NCBI RefSeq assembly: GCF_032191835.1 | Contig: NC_083237.1 | Location: forward strand, 17,980,001 to 18,044,000 | DNA length: 64,000 bases | Direction: 5' to 3' | DNA from: Heteronotia binoei | Taxonomy: Eukaryota | Shown here: in pieces, positions 25,368 to 37,899 of the stretch | How positions within the stretch are numbered: the first letter of the stretch is position 1 | Layout: every line of letters starts with the position of its first letter | Notes under the pieces: model-generated | Databases searched by the model: none | Told to the model about the DNA's origin: nothing | The model's input: the letters and a program-made list of their open reading frames with translations, nothing else | Program-made: the position numbers and the translations under genes

Positions 25368-26059
25368 CAGGGTTGTCAAGTCTTCGTTGGAAAATCCCTG
25401 GAGACTTTGGGGGTGGATTCTGGAGAGGGCAGGGCTTGGGGAGGGGAGGGGCCTCAGCCTGGTACAAGGCCACAGAGTCCACCCTTCAAAGCAGCCATTT
25501 TCTGCAGGGCAGCTGATCTCTAATAGCTGGAGATCAGTTGTGAATGTGGGAGATATCCAGTAGGGTTGCCAATCCCCAGGTGGGGGCAGGGGATCCCTGG
25601 GTTGGAGGCCTTCCTTCCGCTTCAGGGTAATCAGAAAGTGGTGGGGAGGGAGGAGGGAAATGTCTGCTGGGCACTTCATTATTCCCATGGAGACCGATTC
25701 CCATAGTGTACAATGAAGAATTTATCTGCGGATATCAGAGGCTCAGAGGGGGCTGTTTTTTGAGGTAGAAGCACCAAATTGTCAGGATCGATGCCTCTCC
25801 TCAAAAGACCCTCCAAGTTTAAAAAAAATTGGACCGGGGGGTCCAGTTCTATGAGCCCCAAAAGAAGGTGCCCCCCTCCTTCATTATTTCCAGTGGAGGG
25901 AAGGCATTTTAAAGGCGTGCGATCCCTTTGGAGTTCAATTATGCTTTTCACACCCTTGCTCCTGGCTCCACCCCCAAAGTCTTCTGGCTCCACCCCCGAA
26001 GTCCCCAAATATTTCTTGAATTGGACTTGGCAACCCTAACCTGGAGGCTACCAACCCTA
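25368..26059. mobile_element. Short hAT-like MITE interrupted by a 478-bp related element (25561-26038)
   Basis: Inner TIRs tagggttgcca / tggcaacccta; the outer element resumes at 26039 (acctggaggctaccaacccta). Confidence 0.7.
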
Positions 26060-27055
26060 TGAGAAGATAATCAAGTTTGACTTTTTCAGTGAGACTCGAG
26101 ATTTTGACTAACAATCTCATCACGTGCTTCCTTACAGTATGGGCAGCTAACAAAAAAAGAGCTTTATGGTTTCAACCTCTCTTAGCAGACAGGGATCTTA
26201 GCAGGGGCAGGAAGGAACCCTAACTGAGCCAGCCAGGAGACGATTTGAAAATAGTAGGAAGGCCTACTCGATACTAACTAATTGTCCTTTCTGCTGCCCC
26301 CTGTAGGGCATTCTTGTCATTTTCTATATGCAACGTAAACATTGAGTATTCCAAAACTTTTTGCCTTTATCATCTAACAGTTATAACAACTGTGAGGGTT
26401 TTAGGAAACCCAAAGTTGCACCCCTGCAAAAGAAAACATGGCCATAGGGGTACGCTCTAGAGCAAAAAGGTTGAGACGGGAAACGCTGTTCACACCCAGC
26501 TCTGCCTTTCAATGGGGTGAAAGGGTCTCCTTCAGGCAGAAGATTTTGGCGGGGTGAAGGGGAAATGCTGTGGTCCCTAGTCTGTAGAAGTCTCTCTTTT
26601 GTCCAGCCAAAGACCAACTTTGGCATACTCTGAGGTGGAGCATCTACTAAGGCCCATTGTTGTTGATGTCCCCCACACACTCACTGATTAGAGCTCCACC
26701 CTCCATGCGCCCCCCTGCAACAAGCGCTACCCAGGAACACTGGGGAAAGGGCTGCAGGCAATTGTGAGCACGAGTGAGAATGGCAGTAAAGGTGGAGTAA
26801 AGGTGGACAATTGAAACCTGCCCATTCCCAAGTGGAGATCAAAAGCAGCTTCCAACATCATTCTGCCCTCCTCCATCTTATCCTTACAAGAACCCTGTGA
26901 ACTAAATTAGGATGAGCGAAAGAGTGACTGGCGCAAGGGCACCCACCAAGCTTCCATGCTGGAGATCTCATCCTTGAATCTCCCCAGTCCCATTCCAATG
27001 TGCTAGTCACTACACCACACTAGCTCTCATCATGAATTTAAGCAAGAACCTAGCT

Positions 27056-27831
27056 CGGGGTGTCAAACATGCAGCCTAAGGGCAGAATCAGGCCCCTGGA
27101 GGGTTCCTATCAGGCCCCTGAGCAACTGGCTGTCATCTGCTTCATTCTCCCTCCCTTTCGCTTCCTTCTGCATCACAGCTTGCTTTGCCAGGCTTGCTCA
27201 ATCGCACAGCAGAGCTACTGAGCCAAGCCTCTCTTCCTTCTATTGGCTGAGGATCCTTCCTCTCCTCGTCCCCTGGGGAAGGAAGGAAAGAGCCAGTTTG
27301 GTGTGGAGAACAAGTTTGGTGTAGTGGTGTAGTGCGGACTCTTTTCCGAGAGAACCGGGTTTGATCCCCCACTCCTCCACCTGCACCTGCTGAAATGGCC
27401 TTGGGTTAGCCATAGCTCTGGCAGAGGTTGTCCTTGAAAGGGCAGCTGCTGTGAGAGCCCTCTCAGCTCCACCCACCTACAGGGTGTCTGTTGTGGGGGG
27501 GGAGAAGATATAGGAGATCGTAAGCCACTCTGAGTCTCTGATGCAGAGAGAAGGGCGGGGTATAAATCTGCAATTCTTCTTCTTCCTTTGCCCAGTTCCC
27601 TGGATTGCACAGGAAGGATACAAAGAAAGCACCATTAAGACCAACAAGTGCTCATGTTTTAAGCATGTTTTATTTTAAGTTTTTAAAAAAATCTTTGTGT
27701 TTTTTTTCTGTGTCCTTTATAAAATTTATATCTCTGCTACCTGGCATGACATTTTATGACACCCACGGCTTGACCCAACGTCTCATTTATGTCAGATCCG
27801 GCCTGCATAACAGGTGAGTTCAACAGCCCTG
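27056..27831. mobile_element. hAT-Charlie-like MITE with a nested Squam3-like SINE (27289-27584)
   Basis: Termini cggggtgtcaaac...gttcaacagccctg; TSD ACCTAGCT / ATCTAGCT (7 of 8 match). Confidence 0.8.
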
Positions 27832-27833
27832 AT

Positions 27834-28784
27834 CTAGCTTGTCGCCGGGTAGAAAGGACTTAATTTCTGCTTCCTTCCTTTGAGCTTCTCCAGGGCGCTT
27901 TTGAAATCTTTGTTCCTCAGTGTGTAAATGAAAGGGTTCAGGACAGGCGTGATGAGAGTGTAGAGAACAGCAACGGCTTTATCCATTGGGAAGCTACGAA
28001 AGGGACGGGCATAAATATAGATGCAGGGCCCAAAAATCAGGGTCACCACAGTGATGTGAGAGGCACAAGTAGAAACAGCCTTGCTCCGCCCTGGTGCAGA
28101 ACCTGCTCTCAGCTTGGCTAGTAGGATGGAGTACGATACCAGTAGCACCACAAAGCACATCAAGGTCACCAGGCCATTGTTGGACACCATAAGCAGCTCC
28201 ACCACAAATGTGTTGGTACAAGCCAGTTTGACCACCTGGGGGACATCGCAGTAGAAATTATCCAAAATGTTGGGACCGCAAAAGGGCAGCTGGACAATGA
28301 TGGCCACTTGAACGATGGAGTGGACAAAGCCACCCACCCAAGAGGCCCATACCAGCCCACCAAAGATGGTCCCGTTCATGATGGCCATGTAGCGCAAGGG
28401 GTAGAAGATGGCGACGTAGCGATCGTAGGCCATGATGGTCAAGAGAAAGATCTTGATGCCTCCGACAAAGTGGAAGAAGAAGATCTGGGAAACGCAGCCT
28501 CCGTAGGTGATGGTATTCGTCTTCTTTAGGGAGCCTACCAGCATCTTGGGAGCTGTGATAGTGGAATAGCAGAAATCCAGGAAAGAGAGGTTTCCCAGCA
28601 GGTAGTACATAGGAGTGTGGAGGCTGGGTTCCAAAACCGCTAGGCTTACAATCAAAAGATTGCCTGTCACGGTGACGGCATACACGGTTAAGAAGATAGC
28701 AAACAGCAGAAGCTTCATCTCTTGATTGGTGGCCAGCCCCAGAAGGATAAACTCTGTCACTGTGGTGTGGTTCTTCCCTTCCAT
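27834..28784 (-). CDS. OR4D5-like: Olfactory receptor OR4D-like, 316 aa
   Basis: FFFHFVGGIKIFLLTIMAYDRY, ELLMVSNNGLVTLMCF and RPFR.FPMDKAV match the recalled human OR4D5. Acceptor-like ctcctccctcccag lies ~30 nt upstream of the ATG. Confidence 0.94.
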   Translation of the reverse strand: MEGKNHTTVTEFILLGLATNQEMKLLLFAIFLTVYAVTVTGNLLIVSLAVLEPSLHTPMYYLLGNLSFLDFCYSTITAPKMLVGSLKKTNTITYGGCVSQIFFFHFVGGIKIFLLTIMAYDRYVAIFYPLRYMAIMNGTIFGGLVWASWVGGFVHSIVQVAIIVQLPFCGPNILDNFYCDVPQVVKLACTNTFVVELLMVSNNGLVTLMCFVVLLVSYSILLAKLRAGSAPGRSKAVSTCASHITVVTLIFGPCIYIYARPFRSFPMDKAVAVLYTLITPVLNPFIYTLRNKDFKSALEKLKGRKQKLSPFYPATS

Positions 28785-29970
28785 CTGGTCAGCTCAGCCT
28801 CTACTGATGGACACTGGGGAGGGAGGAGAGAACAGAGGTTAAAGGAAAATGCATTGCTGTGTGCATGTGAGTGTTAAAGAGGCCATTTTTTAAAAAAAAA
28901 ATCATGTGACAGAAAAGTCTTACAAGCCCCATTCCCTCTTTAGTCCAGGATCAGTAAAGCCGCACTGCTGTCTCATGGCTCCACCTGCTGAGGCAATGCT
29001 TTCCTTTACTCCTCGAAGTTATCAGTGACTCTCTGAGAAGGAAGGAGGATGGAAGGGAGGGTGGGAGGGAGGGAAAGAAGGAAGGAAGGACTGATCTACA
29101 CTCACTGATCATATATTCACTGTGGCCACTGATTCAATATGAAGTGTAATGGTTTAGGACTGCACTGGTATTAGAGATGTAGCTGAGCAGAGGATCAGAC
29201 TGAAGTAGACACACATCTTTCCCCAGAATTAAAACAGAATAATTGTGGGGTAGTAGTCTCCTGTAAATACTTTGTTTCTTATGAAAACTTACTTATGAAT
29301 GTTCCTTAGGAATATGCAAGACCTTCTTGGTGGTAGCACCAAAATGATGGAATTCTTTCTTCCCTGAAATTTGCCTGAAGTCTTCCTTGATTGTTTTTAG
29401 GCACCAGGTGAAAATGTGGTTATTTCATTTGGGCTTTGACTGAATAATTGGTCTGAGCCCTGATTTTATTTGTCTTTAATCACTTGCCTTGGAAGCCCTA
29501 TTTTTTTTTGGGGGGGGGGAGGGTAGCCCTGACTTGGTGGCATTTAACAACACAGAGAATTCCCTCCTCCCTTCTCAACCAGGAGAAAAGTCGGTTGAAT
29601 CAAACCCATTATATATTTGTGGCAAATGTAGATTCTGGTACATTTTGCTGGATTTCATTATGACCCTGGAAATACTGGGCAAAAGTTGGGTGTCTTCATT
29701 GTTCGTTTGGGCTTCCAAGGAAGCTCCCCTCCCCTACCCAACTCCTCTTTAACATTCTCTGGGATCACAAAGCAGCTGTTGGATTGCATGTAAAGGCTCC
29801 CTGGACCTAATCTTCAAAGCACAGTTTGGACCTCAGAATCCGTGATCCTGTTGAGGGGATCTGTTTATCTAAGGAGGCTTCCTGGTTTCCCTCTGAAGAC
29901 GCAGTCTGTTCTATACAACGCTGCTCCTTGTAATGGGAAATGCAAGGCAAAGTGAATTTGAATGCATGCA

Positions 29971-30251
29971 GAGTCCGCCAGTTTGGTGTAGTGGTTAAGT
30001 GTGCGGACTCTTATCCAGGAGAAGAGTTTGATTCCCCACTCCTCCACTTGCACCTGCTGGCATGGCCTTGGGTTAGCCATAGCTCTGGCAGAGGTTGTCC
30101 TTGAAAGGGCAGCTGCTGTGAGAGCCTTCTCAGCCCCACCCACCTCACAGGGTGTCTGTTGTGGGGGGAGAAGATAGAGGAGATTGTAAGCCGCTCTGAG
30201 TCTCTGATTCAGAGAGAAGGGCAGGGTATAAATCTGCAGTCTTCTTCTTCT
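29971..30251 (+). mobile_element. Squam3-like SINE
   Basis: ccagtttggtgtagtggttaagtgtgcggactc head (Pol III A/B-box-like); (TTC)n tail. Confidence 0.88.
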
Positions 30252-30410
30252 TAACCATTATGTCAAACTGCATGAAAAGTACAAGTGTGTGTGTGCATGT
30301 GCTAATAATAACTGTACTTTCTAACCATGACTGACTTTTTCTTTTTGTGGTCATTCCTTTTAAGGTTCTGGACCCATTCAAATTTAATCTCATGCTATTT
30401 AACCAGTTAA

Positions 30411-30713
30411 GAGGTCCGTGGCACAGAGTGTTAAAGCTGCAGTACTGCAGTCCTAAGCTCTGCTCATGACTTGAGTTCGATCCCCGGTGGAAGCTGAGTT
30501 TTCAGGTAGCCGGCTCGAGGTTGACTCAGCCTTCCATCCTTCCGAGGTCGGTAAAATGAGTACCCAGCTTGCTGGGGGGGGGGGAGCGTAGATGACTGGA
30601 GAAGGCAATGGCAAACCACCCCGTAAAAAAGTCTGCCGTGAAAACGTTGTGAAAGCAACGTCACCCCAGAGTCGGAAACGACTGGTGCTTGCACAGGGGA
30701 CCTTTCCTTTTTC
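30411..30713 (+). mobile_element. Sauria SINE (Squam1)
   Basis: gttgactcagccttccatccttccgaggtcggtaaaatgagtacccagc core; ctggagaaggcaatggcaaaccac; ends gcacaggggacctttcctttt. Confidence 0.85.
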
Positions 30714-31671
30714 CATTTAGACAGTTAATCTGTTGAAAGGCAGATTTCAGCAGTAGAAACCTAGTATGTTCATTGCTCCCAGTGGCAACTAAGAGACCAA
30801 TTCTTAGCAGGTCAACTCAGAATCCTATTACAGCCTAGGCAATGGGGTTGATTCCCAGGAAAATATTGTCAGGGTTGCATTGCAAGCTTTATACACAGGT
30901 ACCAAAGCAAGGGTCATTTTGTAGAAAAAGAGGCGCTGGGTTTCATTAGGCACAACTCATTTGCAGAACTCATTTACATATACCACACACTGGAAGGTAT
31001 ACTAAATATCAGCCCAGCATGGACCTGAAAATGCTTCTGGAATTATAATTGTCATAATAAAACTTTACTTCCATCCAATGCTCCCTCTAAGCTGTGGAGT
31101 CTTGTGAGCAAAAATTCTACTTTGTGAGCTGCTGGCATGGAAGTTGAGAGCTGCTGCATCAATCAGTGTGCTCTGGGGCCATTTTCCCTGCGCTAAGACC
31201 AAAATGTGTGAGCCAGAGGCTAACAGACTGTGAGCTGGCTCACATTCATTCAGCTTAGAGGGAACACTAATGGAGTCCCATCATACTTTTAAAAATGATT
31301 TTCTCCTATGTGGCTACAACGGCATGATGAACATTTCCAACTGTCTGCGTTAGATGTTTTGGTTATTTTCACATTTTTTTTTGGTGGGGAAAAAATATTA
31401 GAAAGTTTGTCATCTCTTAGAGCTCATCAAAATTCTCACAAGGGGGGGGGGCTGAACAATCGAGACCAGAAGCAATTATTTGGGAGAGGGGGGGGGATAA
31501 GAAAGAGCACAGTAAAATTTAGAGGTTCTGGAGCTGCACTCCTGCGAGCTCATGCCCAAAATGAGGCCTGCACCAAAGTGACATAAAGATATGTCAGCGC
31601 CATGCCAGGATCAGTGATGCACAGACATTCAAAGGGTTAGGATTTCTCTTTCATCTGATTACCATCTAGAC

Positions 31672-32026
31672 CAGGGGTCCTCAAACTTTTTAAATAGGGG
31701 GCCAGTTCAGTGTCCCTCAGACTGTTGGAGGGCCGGACTGTTGTGGTGGCTGCCGTTACTGTACAAGGCCGCGGGCCATCAGTTCTCCGTTTTCTGCATC
31801 TCAATCCCTTCCCCACACCACACACCCCAGCGTGGGAACTCACCTCACCTTGGTATCGCCTCACACTCTGTCTCTGCCGCCTCAGCCCAGTGCCAGAAGT
31901 GTGCATTGCTAACGCGAGTTTAGGTCAAACGTCACTTCCGGTCTGATTTTGCCATAACCCGGCGGGCCGCATAAACGTCCTCAGCGGGCCACATCTGGCC
32001 CGCGGGCCGTAGTTTGAGGACCCCTG
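31672..32026. mobile_element. hAT-Charlie-like MITE (355 bp)
   Basis: TIRs caggggtcctcaaact / agtttgaggacccctg; 8-bp TSD ATCTAGAC. Confidence 0.92.
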
Positions 32027-33204
32027 ATCTAGACGGACAGACAAGACATGCAGCTCATATAGCTTTACATGGTGCTCAGGAGGAAAAAGTTCTCTGTCTA
32101 GAGCATCGTTTTGTTGAAACCTTTACAACAGTTTTGCAAGGTAGGCCAGTATTATTCCTCCAATATTTCAGATAGTTGAGACTGAGATAAGGAGGTTTGC
32201 CTAACGTCGCCTACGGGCAAGATGTGAATGGGAGTCCTCACAGACCCCAGCTCCTTTTCTTAGCCATGGTATTATGTCTACTACTTCGGTTCTGTCCCCC
32301 CTGCCTCTCCTCTCAGTCTGTCCATCATCCAGTTATCTTTTTGCCTTTCAAAAGAGACACAGAACATCTGCACTCCTTTCCATTTGGAACTCTGTATGTG
32401 AGAAACAGCAGTTCTGATTCTATAACTTAGTAGCTTTGATTAATTTCAACCTTACCGTTTGCAAATGTCCATTTCCTTACTTCAAGGGTTCGGTTTTACA
32501 CAGTCTGCTGGGCTCCTCATGATTCTCCAGATGTCTTTTATTCATATTTACTAAGTAAGAATGCAGATTCAGTTTCTGCTACCATCTTGGTTAGAATAAT
32601 TCGTGTTGAGTGACCCTGAGTAGGAGTTCTTGTTGAAGAACGCAAGGAGATCTTGCTGAAGAACACTAAATCCGATCAAGGTCCTCCACACTGACCTTTT
32701 GAGGGCAAGAGCATCAGCAACTAAAAAGGTCTATCAGAAACTGTCCAGTGGGTCATTCCGAGACTTTCTGCCTTCTGGCTTCCACAGTTCTTGTGGGTTT
32801 CAGTCTAACTTACACAGCCTAATAGAGAATCACAAAGCTACCCGATTTCCCAAGGTTTCATCCAGTCCAGCACAAAACAGAATCCATCAGGTGTATGTTC
32901 TGCTGTGGACCATCAGAGGCAGAGAAAGAGCAGGCACAAGGAACAATGTTCAGCAGATGGATTAGATGTTCAGGAGGAGTTGATGATGTGATGTTCAGAG
33001 GTTTTGCTGAGAAGAGAATTATTAAAATGTGACTCTCAGCTGCTCTTTTGTAGCCTGGAAGTGGGAGTGAGAATTCACATAAGGGTCCTCCAGGGAACAG
33101 AGAAGGAAAGTTTACTTTCTTGCATAGAAGGCAAGACATATTTGGATGATAGGAAGTGGTGGAGTCAAGGCTGCAAACTATTTTCAAACTTAAATCCAAG
33201 CGGG

Positions 33205-33335
33205 CAGCTGTGTTGGTCTGAAGCAGCTGAACAAAGCAGGAGTCAAGTGGCACCTTTAAGACCAACCAATTTTTATTTAGAACGTAAGCTCTCATGTGCT
33301 CTTAAGCACACTTCATCAGACAAGGAATCCAGCAC
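33205..33335. mobile_element. Penelope-like terminal fragment with a degenerate hammerhead motif; similar copy at ~36675-36795
   Basis: gtggcacctttaagaccaac motif; the minus strand reads CTGATGA-hairpin-GAGA/GAAA-GCT. Confidence 0.55.
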
Positions 33336-34787
33336 AGTGAGCAAAGCCATACATAGCTGAGCAGAGCCATACATAGCTGGGAGGCAGTGGCCCAGAATGC
33401 AACATGGTACAGATTTAAGAACCAATGACAGTGAAGTAAAATTATCTGGTAGGTAGTGGTTTAGAATGTAAAATGGTACAATGACAGAATAGCAAAATTA
33501 ACAAATTGAGCAAACCTTTGCTCTGAGTAGCATGAGCATGCGAAAGCAACAAAACAGTAGTATGTCAAAATGTGAGATTCTCTGTCAATGACAATGGGAG
33601 ATGGGTTCAATATATGTAATGGGATAAGCAACCAAAGTCCCTGTTTGAGTGTGTCAATACAGCTGAAAGAGAAATACATTGGATAGTGATATTCTTGTCT
33701 ACCTAATTACTTTTTAACATGTCAACATCATCCCAAGCAAAGAACTCTGGGAGTTTCAGCTCTGTAAAAACAGAGAATGGCTCATTATCAACAACAACAA
33801 TAGCCATTACAAAATCTTCCCGCTACTACAGTTCCCAGGGCTCACTGCCTGAGGCCTCAGCTATTTATCTTATTTATTTATTTCTGTTGATTTATACCCT
33901 GCTCTTCCGACGAATGGCTCTGATTTTATTCTGGGTGAGATGTCTCATTTGACTGAATCCATTTAATCCGATGGCCTTTGCAGAAAAGGGGGGAGACAAA
34001 CCATGTCAAAATGATGTAGCAAGACCAAAGACCATGCCCAAAGCAACCTTTTTTTCCAGCAAGGCTTTGTGTGTAAAAACTCGATATACATAAATAAAGT
34101 TGCCAGCCTCCAGGTAGGGCCTGGAGATCTCCTGGAATTACAACTGATCTCCAGCAGAAACGAGCAAGAAAAGTAGCACCTTCAGAATCCAGAGAGTGCC
34201 CCGGCAAAGGCATGTTCTAACTGCCCAGTATGGCACTACCAGCATTCTTGCTCCCCCCTCGAAGTCAGCTCTCCCCGGTAGATTTCCCTGGGAGTAGGCA
34301 TCAGGGCTGGCCTTACCACTAGGCAAACTAGGCAATTACCTAGGGTGCCAGCCTTCTGGGGGCTCTGAATTAGGTGCCCCTGCTCACCTGTTGGTGCATG
34401 GTCATGCCTCCAGGTTCAGGCTTCTGAGATGGGCTGCCTACAAAGGTTGTGAAAGGAGACACCTTAGCCAGACAATGTGGGCTTTGCTCTCCCTCTTGGG
34501 AATAAGTGTCAAGTCCTCCATCAGCAGAATTAAGGCCTCTCTTTGTACCTCTCCCCCCCACCCCAAGTGCAATGCTGAGTGCTCTAAAAGTGCAAGGCGG
34601 AGAATGCTGAGACACAGTCCTGTGCCATGCACCAGACCTACCGAATGCTGGGCAGCAGGGCTTTTTTGAGCAGGAATCACTTTGCATATTAGGCCACACC
34701 CCTGCTGATGTAGCCAATCCTCCTGGAGCTTACAGTAGGCCCTGTACTAAGAGCTCTGTAAGCTCTTAGAGGATTGGCTACATCAGT

Positions 34788-35298
34788 AAGGTTGCCAAGT
34801 ACAATTCAAGGAATATCTGGGAACTTTGGGGGTAGAGGCTGGAGGCTTTGGGGGTGAAGCCAGGAGCGAAGGTGCAGCAAGCATAATTGAACCCCAAAGG
34901 GAGTTCTGGCCATCATGTTTAAAGGGGCTGCACACCTTTTAAATAAATGCCTTCCTTCCATTAGAAATAATGAAGGATAGGGGCACCTTCTTTTGGGGCT
35001 CATAGAATTGGACTCCCTTTTCCAATCCTTTTGAAATTTGGAGGGTATGTTGGGGAGAGGGACTGGATGCCATGCTGAAAATTTGGTTCCTTTATCTCTG
35101 GGTGCCCCCCAGAGCCGCAGATACCCATGGATCAATTCTCCATTATACCCTATGGGAATCAGTCTCCATAAAGAATAATGGAGTGCCCAGCAGACATTTC
35201 TCTCCCCCCTCCCGGCTTTCTGATGACCCTGAAGTTGGGGGGAGGAGGGCCTCCAAACTGGGAAATCCCCTGCCCCCACCTGGAAATTGGCAACCTTA
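34788..35298. mobile_element. hAT-like MITE (tagggttgcca family)
   Basis: taaggttgccaagtacaattcaagg...attggcaacctta. Confidence 0.7.
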
Positions 35299-37411
35299 TT
35301 GGATGGGAGACCACCCAGGAAAACTGTGCAGAGGCAGGCAGGGACAAACCACCTCTGCTTTTAATCAATTTTCTTTTTAAACCCTATGAAGTCCCTATAA
35401 GTTGGCTGCAACTGGATGGCAATAAATAATAATAAATAATTTTTAATAATAATTAATAACAACAACAATGAATTTGGGGAGGATCATTCTCAACATTCAT
35501 TTCAGCTCCAAATTAAAAAAATATATATCTTGGGAGATTATTTTTAAGGTAGCTTTAAAATCCAGTTCGAAATAAACAAGATCCACTAGGACCTGGTATT
35601 CAGTGGTGACGCCCCAAGGGAAAAGTCATCTAGTTGCATTGGCTCCACGTGGATTGTGACAAGCCCTTTTGGTGCTGACATATTTCCAAAAGCTCCTTAG
35701 AATATTTTAATCACTCTCCAGTGGTACCATGCTGGAGGTGATGGTCCTCCAGAGATCAAAGACCTTCCTTACCAAGGTTCAGAAAAGGCCTGGGGGCAGC
35801 TCAGAGAAGATGAGAAAATCACACACACCTGCGATGCAGAGCTCTCATCCGAACTGATGCAAAGGGAAGTTCCAGGGATGACTTCATCTCTTCTTCAAGG
35901 GCTGGAAGCAAAAGGAGGGAGACTTCCTCAGGAGTCCCCACCTGGGCACCTCTGATTTCCTGGCACACAGAGAGCTCCTTTACTATGGTTGGTAGTAACA
36001 ACATACACTTGTGTTTAGGTGTGTAGTTAAGTCACATAGAATGGGGGGGCTGGTGGAAAATGTGTGTGTGTGAAGTGCGATCAAGTCACAGTCGGCTTCT
36101 GATGACCCCAGCAAGTAGCTTGCCAGGTGAGTGCGTAGCAGAAGTGGCCTGCTATCGTTTTCCTTTGCAGAGTCTTCCCTGGTGGTCCCCCATCCAAGTA
36201 CTGGCCCTGCTTAGCTTCCAAGATTTGATCAGGCTACACTAAGCTGCCTTCCCCCATGCTGGGAAATACATCTACATAATTTTTAAAATGCTGACACCTC
36301 CATGCTTACTCAGAGATAAGTGTCATGAATTTCATCCAAATCTTCAATGAAAAACAAGCACTTGGGTTACATGTATCGTCTTCCCTGAGTGAGGGCAGAG
36401 AATGTAAGCGCCAGGGATGCTGGTGCTGATTTCAGCCACTAACTGTACTGAACCTTCCAGGACTGCAACGAAAATTCCACGGCACTGGACCAAGGGATTC
36501 CAACTTCTGGTCTTAGTTCCATTCAGTTTAGTTTTCAGGTTCTGTTGGGTAGTTTTAGAGCTGAATGGGACTCTGATCAGGGATGATTTTAAAAAGCCCT
36601 CTGTTGCAAGTCAAAAACTAGGATATCAAGGAGCAGGTAATAGGAAAGCCTGAACTATGATGGATTCAGGTGAGTAGCTGTGTTGGTCTGAAGCAACAGA
36701 GCAAAGTTTGGGTCTAGTGGCACCTTTAAGACCACCTATGTTTTATTCATGAGATCAGCTTTCATGTGCATGCACACTTCATCAGATACATTGAAACAAG
36801 ACTTCCTCAACCATTACATACAGATAGAGAAGGAGTGGGGGATTATCAATGATGATTATTATATTCAGGGAGCTTTTTGTGTAGGAGGAGATTTTAAAAG
36901 ATGATTCCCCACCGACAGGGTCTGAAGTGGCGCACAATCTTTTCTAACACCTCAGCCTTTCAGTTTATATTAGCCCAGGATTTCATAGGCAATCCACGGC
37001 TTGTTATTTCAGAACATCAGTCCCCCAAAAGCTTGAATTTTGGGACATGTCCAAAAGATATGTTTGAAAATGTGATCTATTGGCATAGCAACTTCCTTCT
37101 AGGTTTTTTCAATTTTTATTTCTAAGGACCAGCAGTCTAAGCTATCCAATACAGGAAATCCATAGCCAGGGCATCTCTGATAGATAGCTGTCCTGTTTCC
37201 TCTGCCCCTAGATAATTGGACCCACTGTTGAACCCTGTTGTTATTTCTCCTTATAGTCAACTGAAATTCACCCTCCTGTTTCTTAAATCCCTTAGATCCA
37301 GTCTTGCTCCTTGAATTTACATAGAAGAATCTTTCACCCCATTCCTTGTGTCTACCTACCGCTTAGCTAAAGAATGCCAGCTAGCCTTTAGTTTCACTTT
37401 TCTGATTTTTC

Positions 37412-37899
37412 TTTGTTTTAAACAATTTATTGATAACATATAGTTACAGTATCTAATTATATTCTTGCTATCTCTAACCCATATGATATTTTCAATCCCC
37501 CCTCCCTCCGTTACTAGACTCCCGCTGAGGTTATATATTTAAATTCAATTATAAAGGTACCCTTAACCAATCAAAGTTCAATGTCTTTCTTTTCCCACAT
37601 TCGTATTAAAAAATTGTCCAATGTCTTTTTACATTCCACTCTTGCTCTATATATCCTCTAAATTTCTTCCACTCCTTTTTAAACACATCCAAATCATAGT
37701 CTCTTAAAGTTCTTGTTAATTTATCCATCTCACTTCATGATAAAGCTTTCACGATCCAGTCCCATTTTCCTGGTATTTTTTCTTTCTTCCACAACTGCAC
37801 ATACAATGTCCTAGCAGCTGAGAGCAAATACCAAATTAAAGTCCTATCTTCTTTTGGAAATTTTTCCATTTGTAGTCCTAGCAGAAAAGTCTCTGCAAC
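37412..37899 (-). mobile_element. L1-type LINE 3' fragment with a 17-bp TSD
   Basis: Minus translation ...LIWYLLSAARTLYVQLWKKEKIPGKWDW...KEWKKFRGY... resembles the L1/Tx1 ORF2 end. CACTTTTCTGATTTTTC occurs at 37395-37411 and 37900-37916. Confidence 0.8.
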
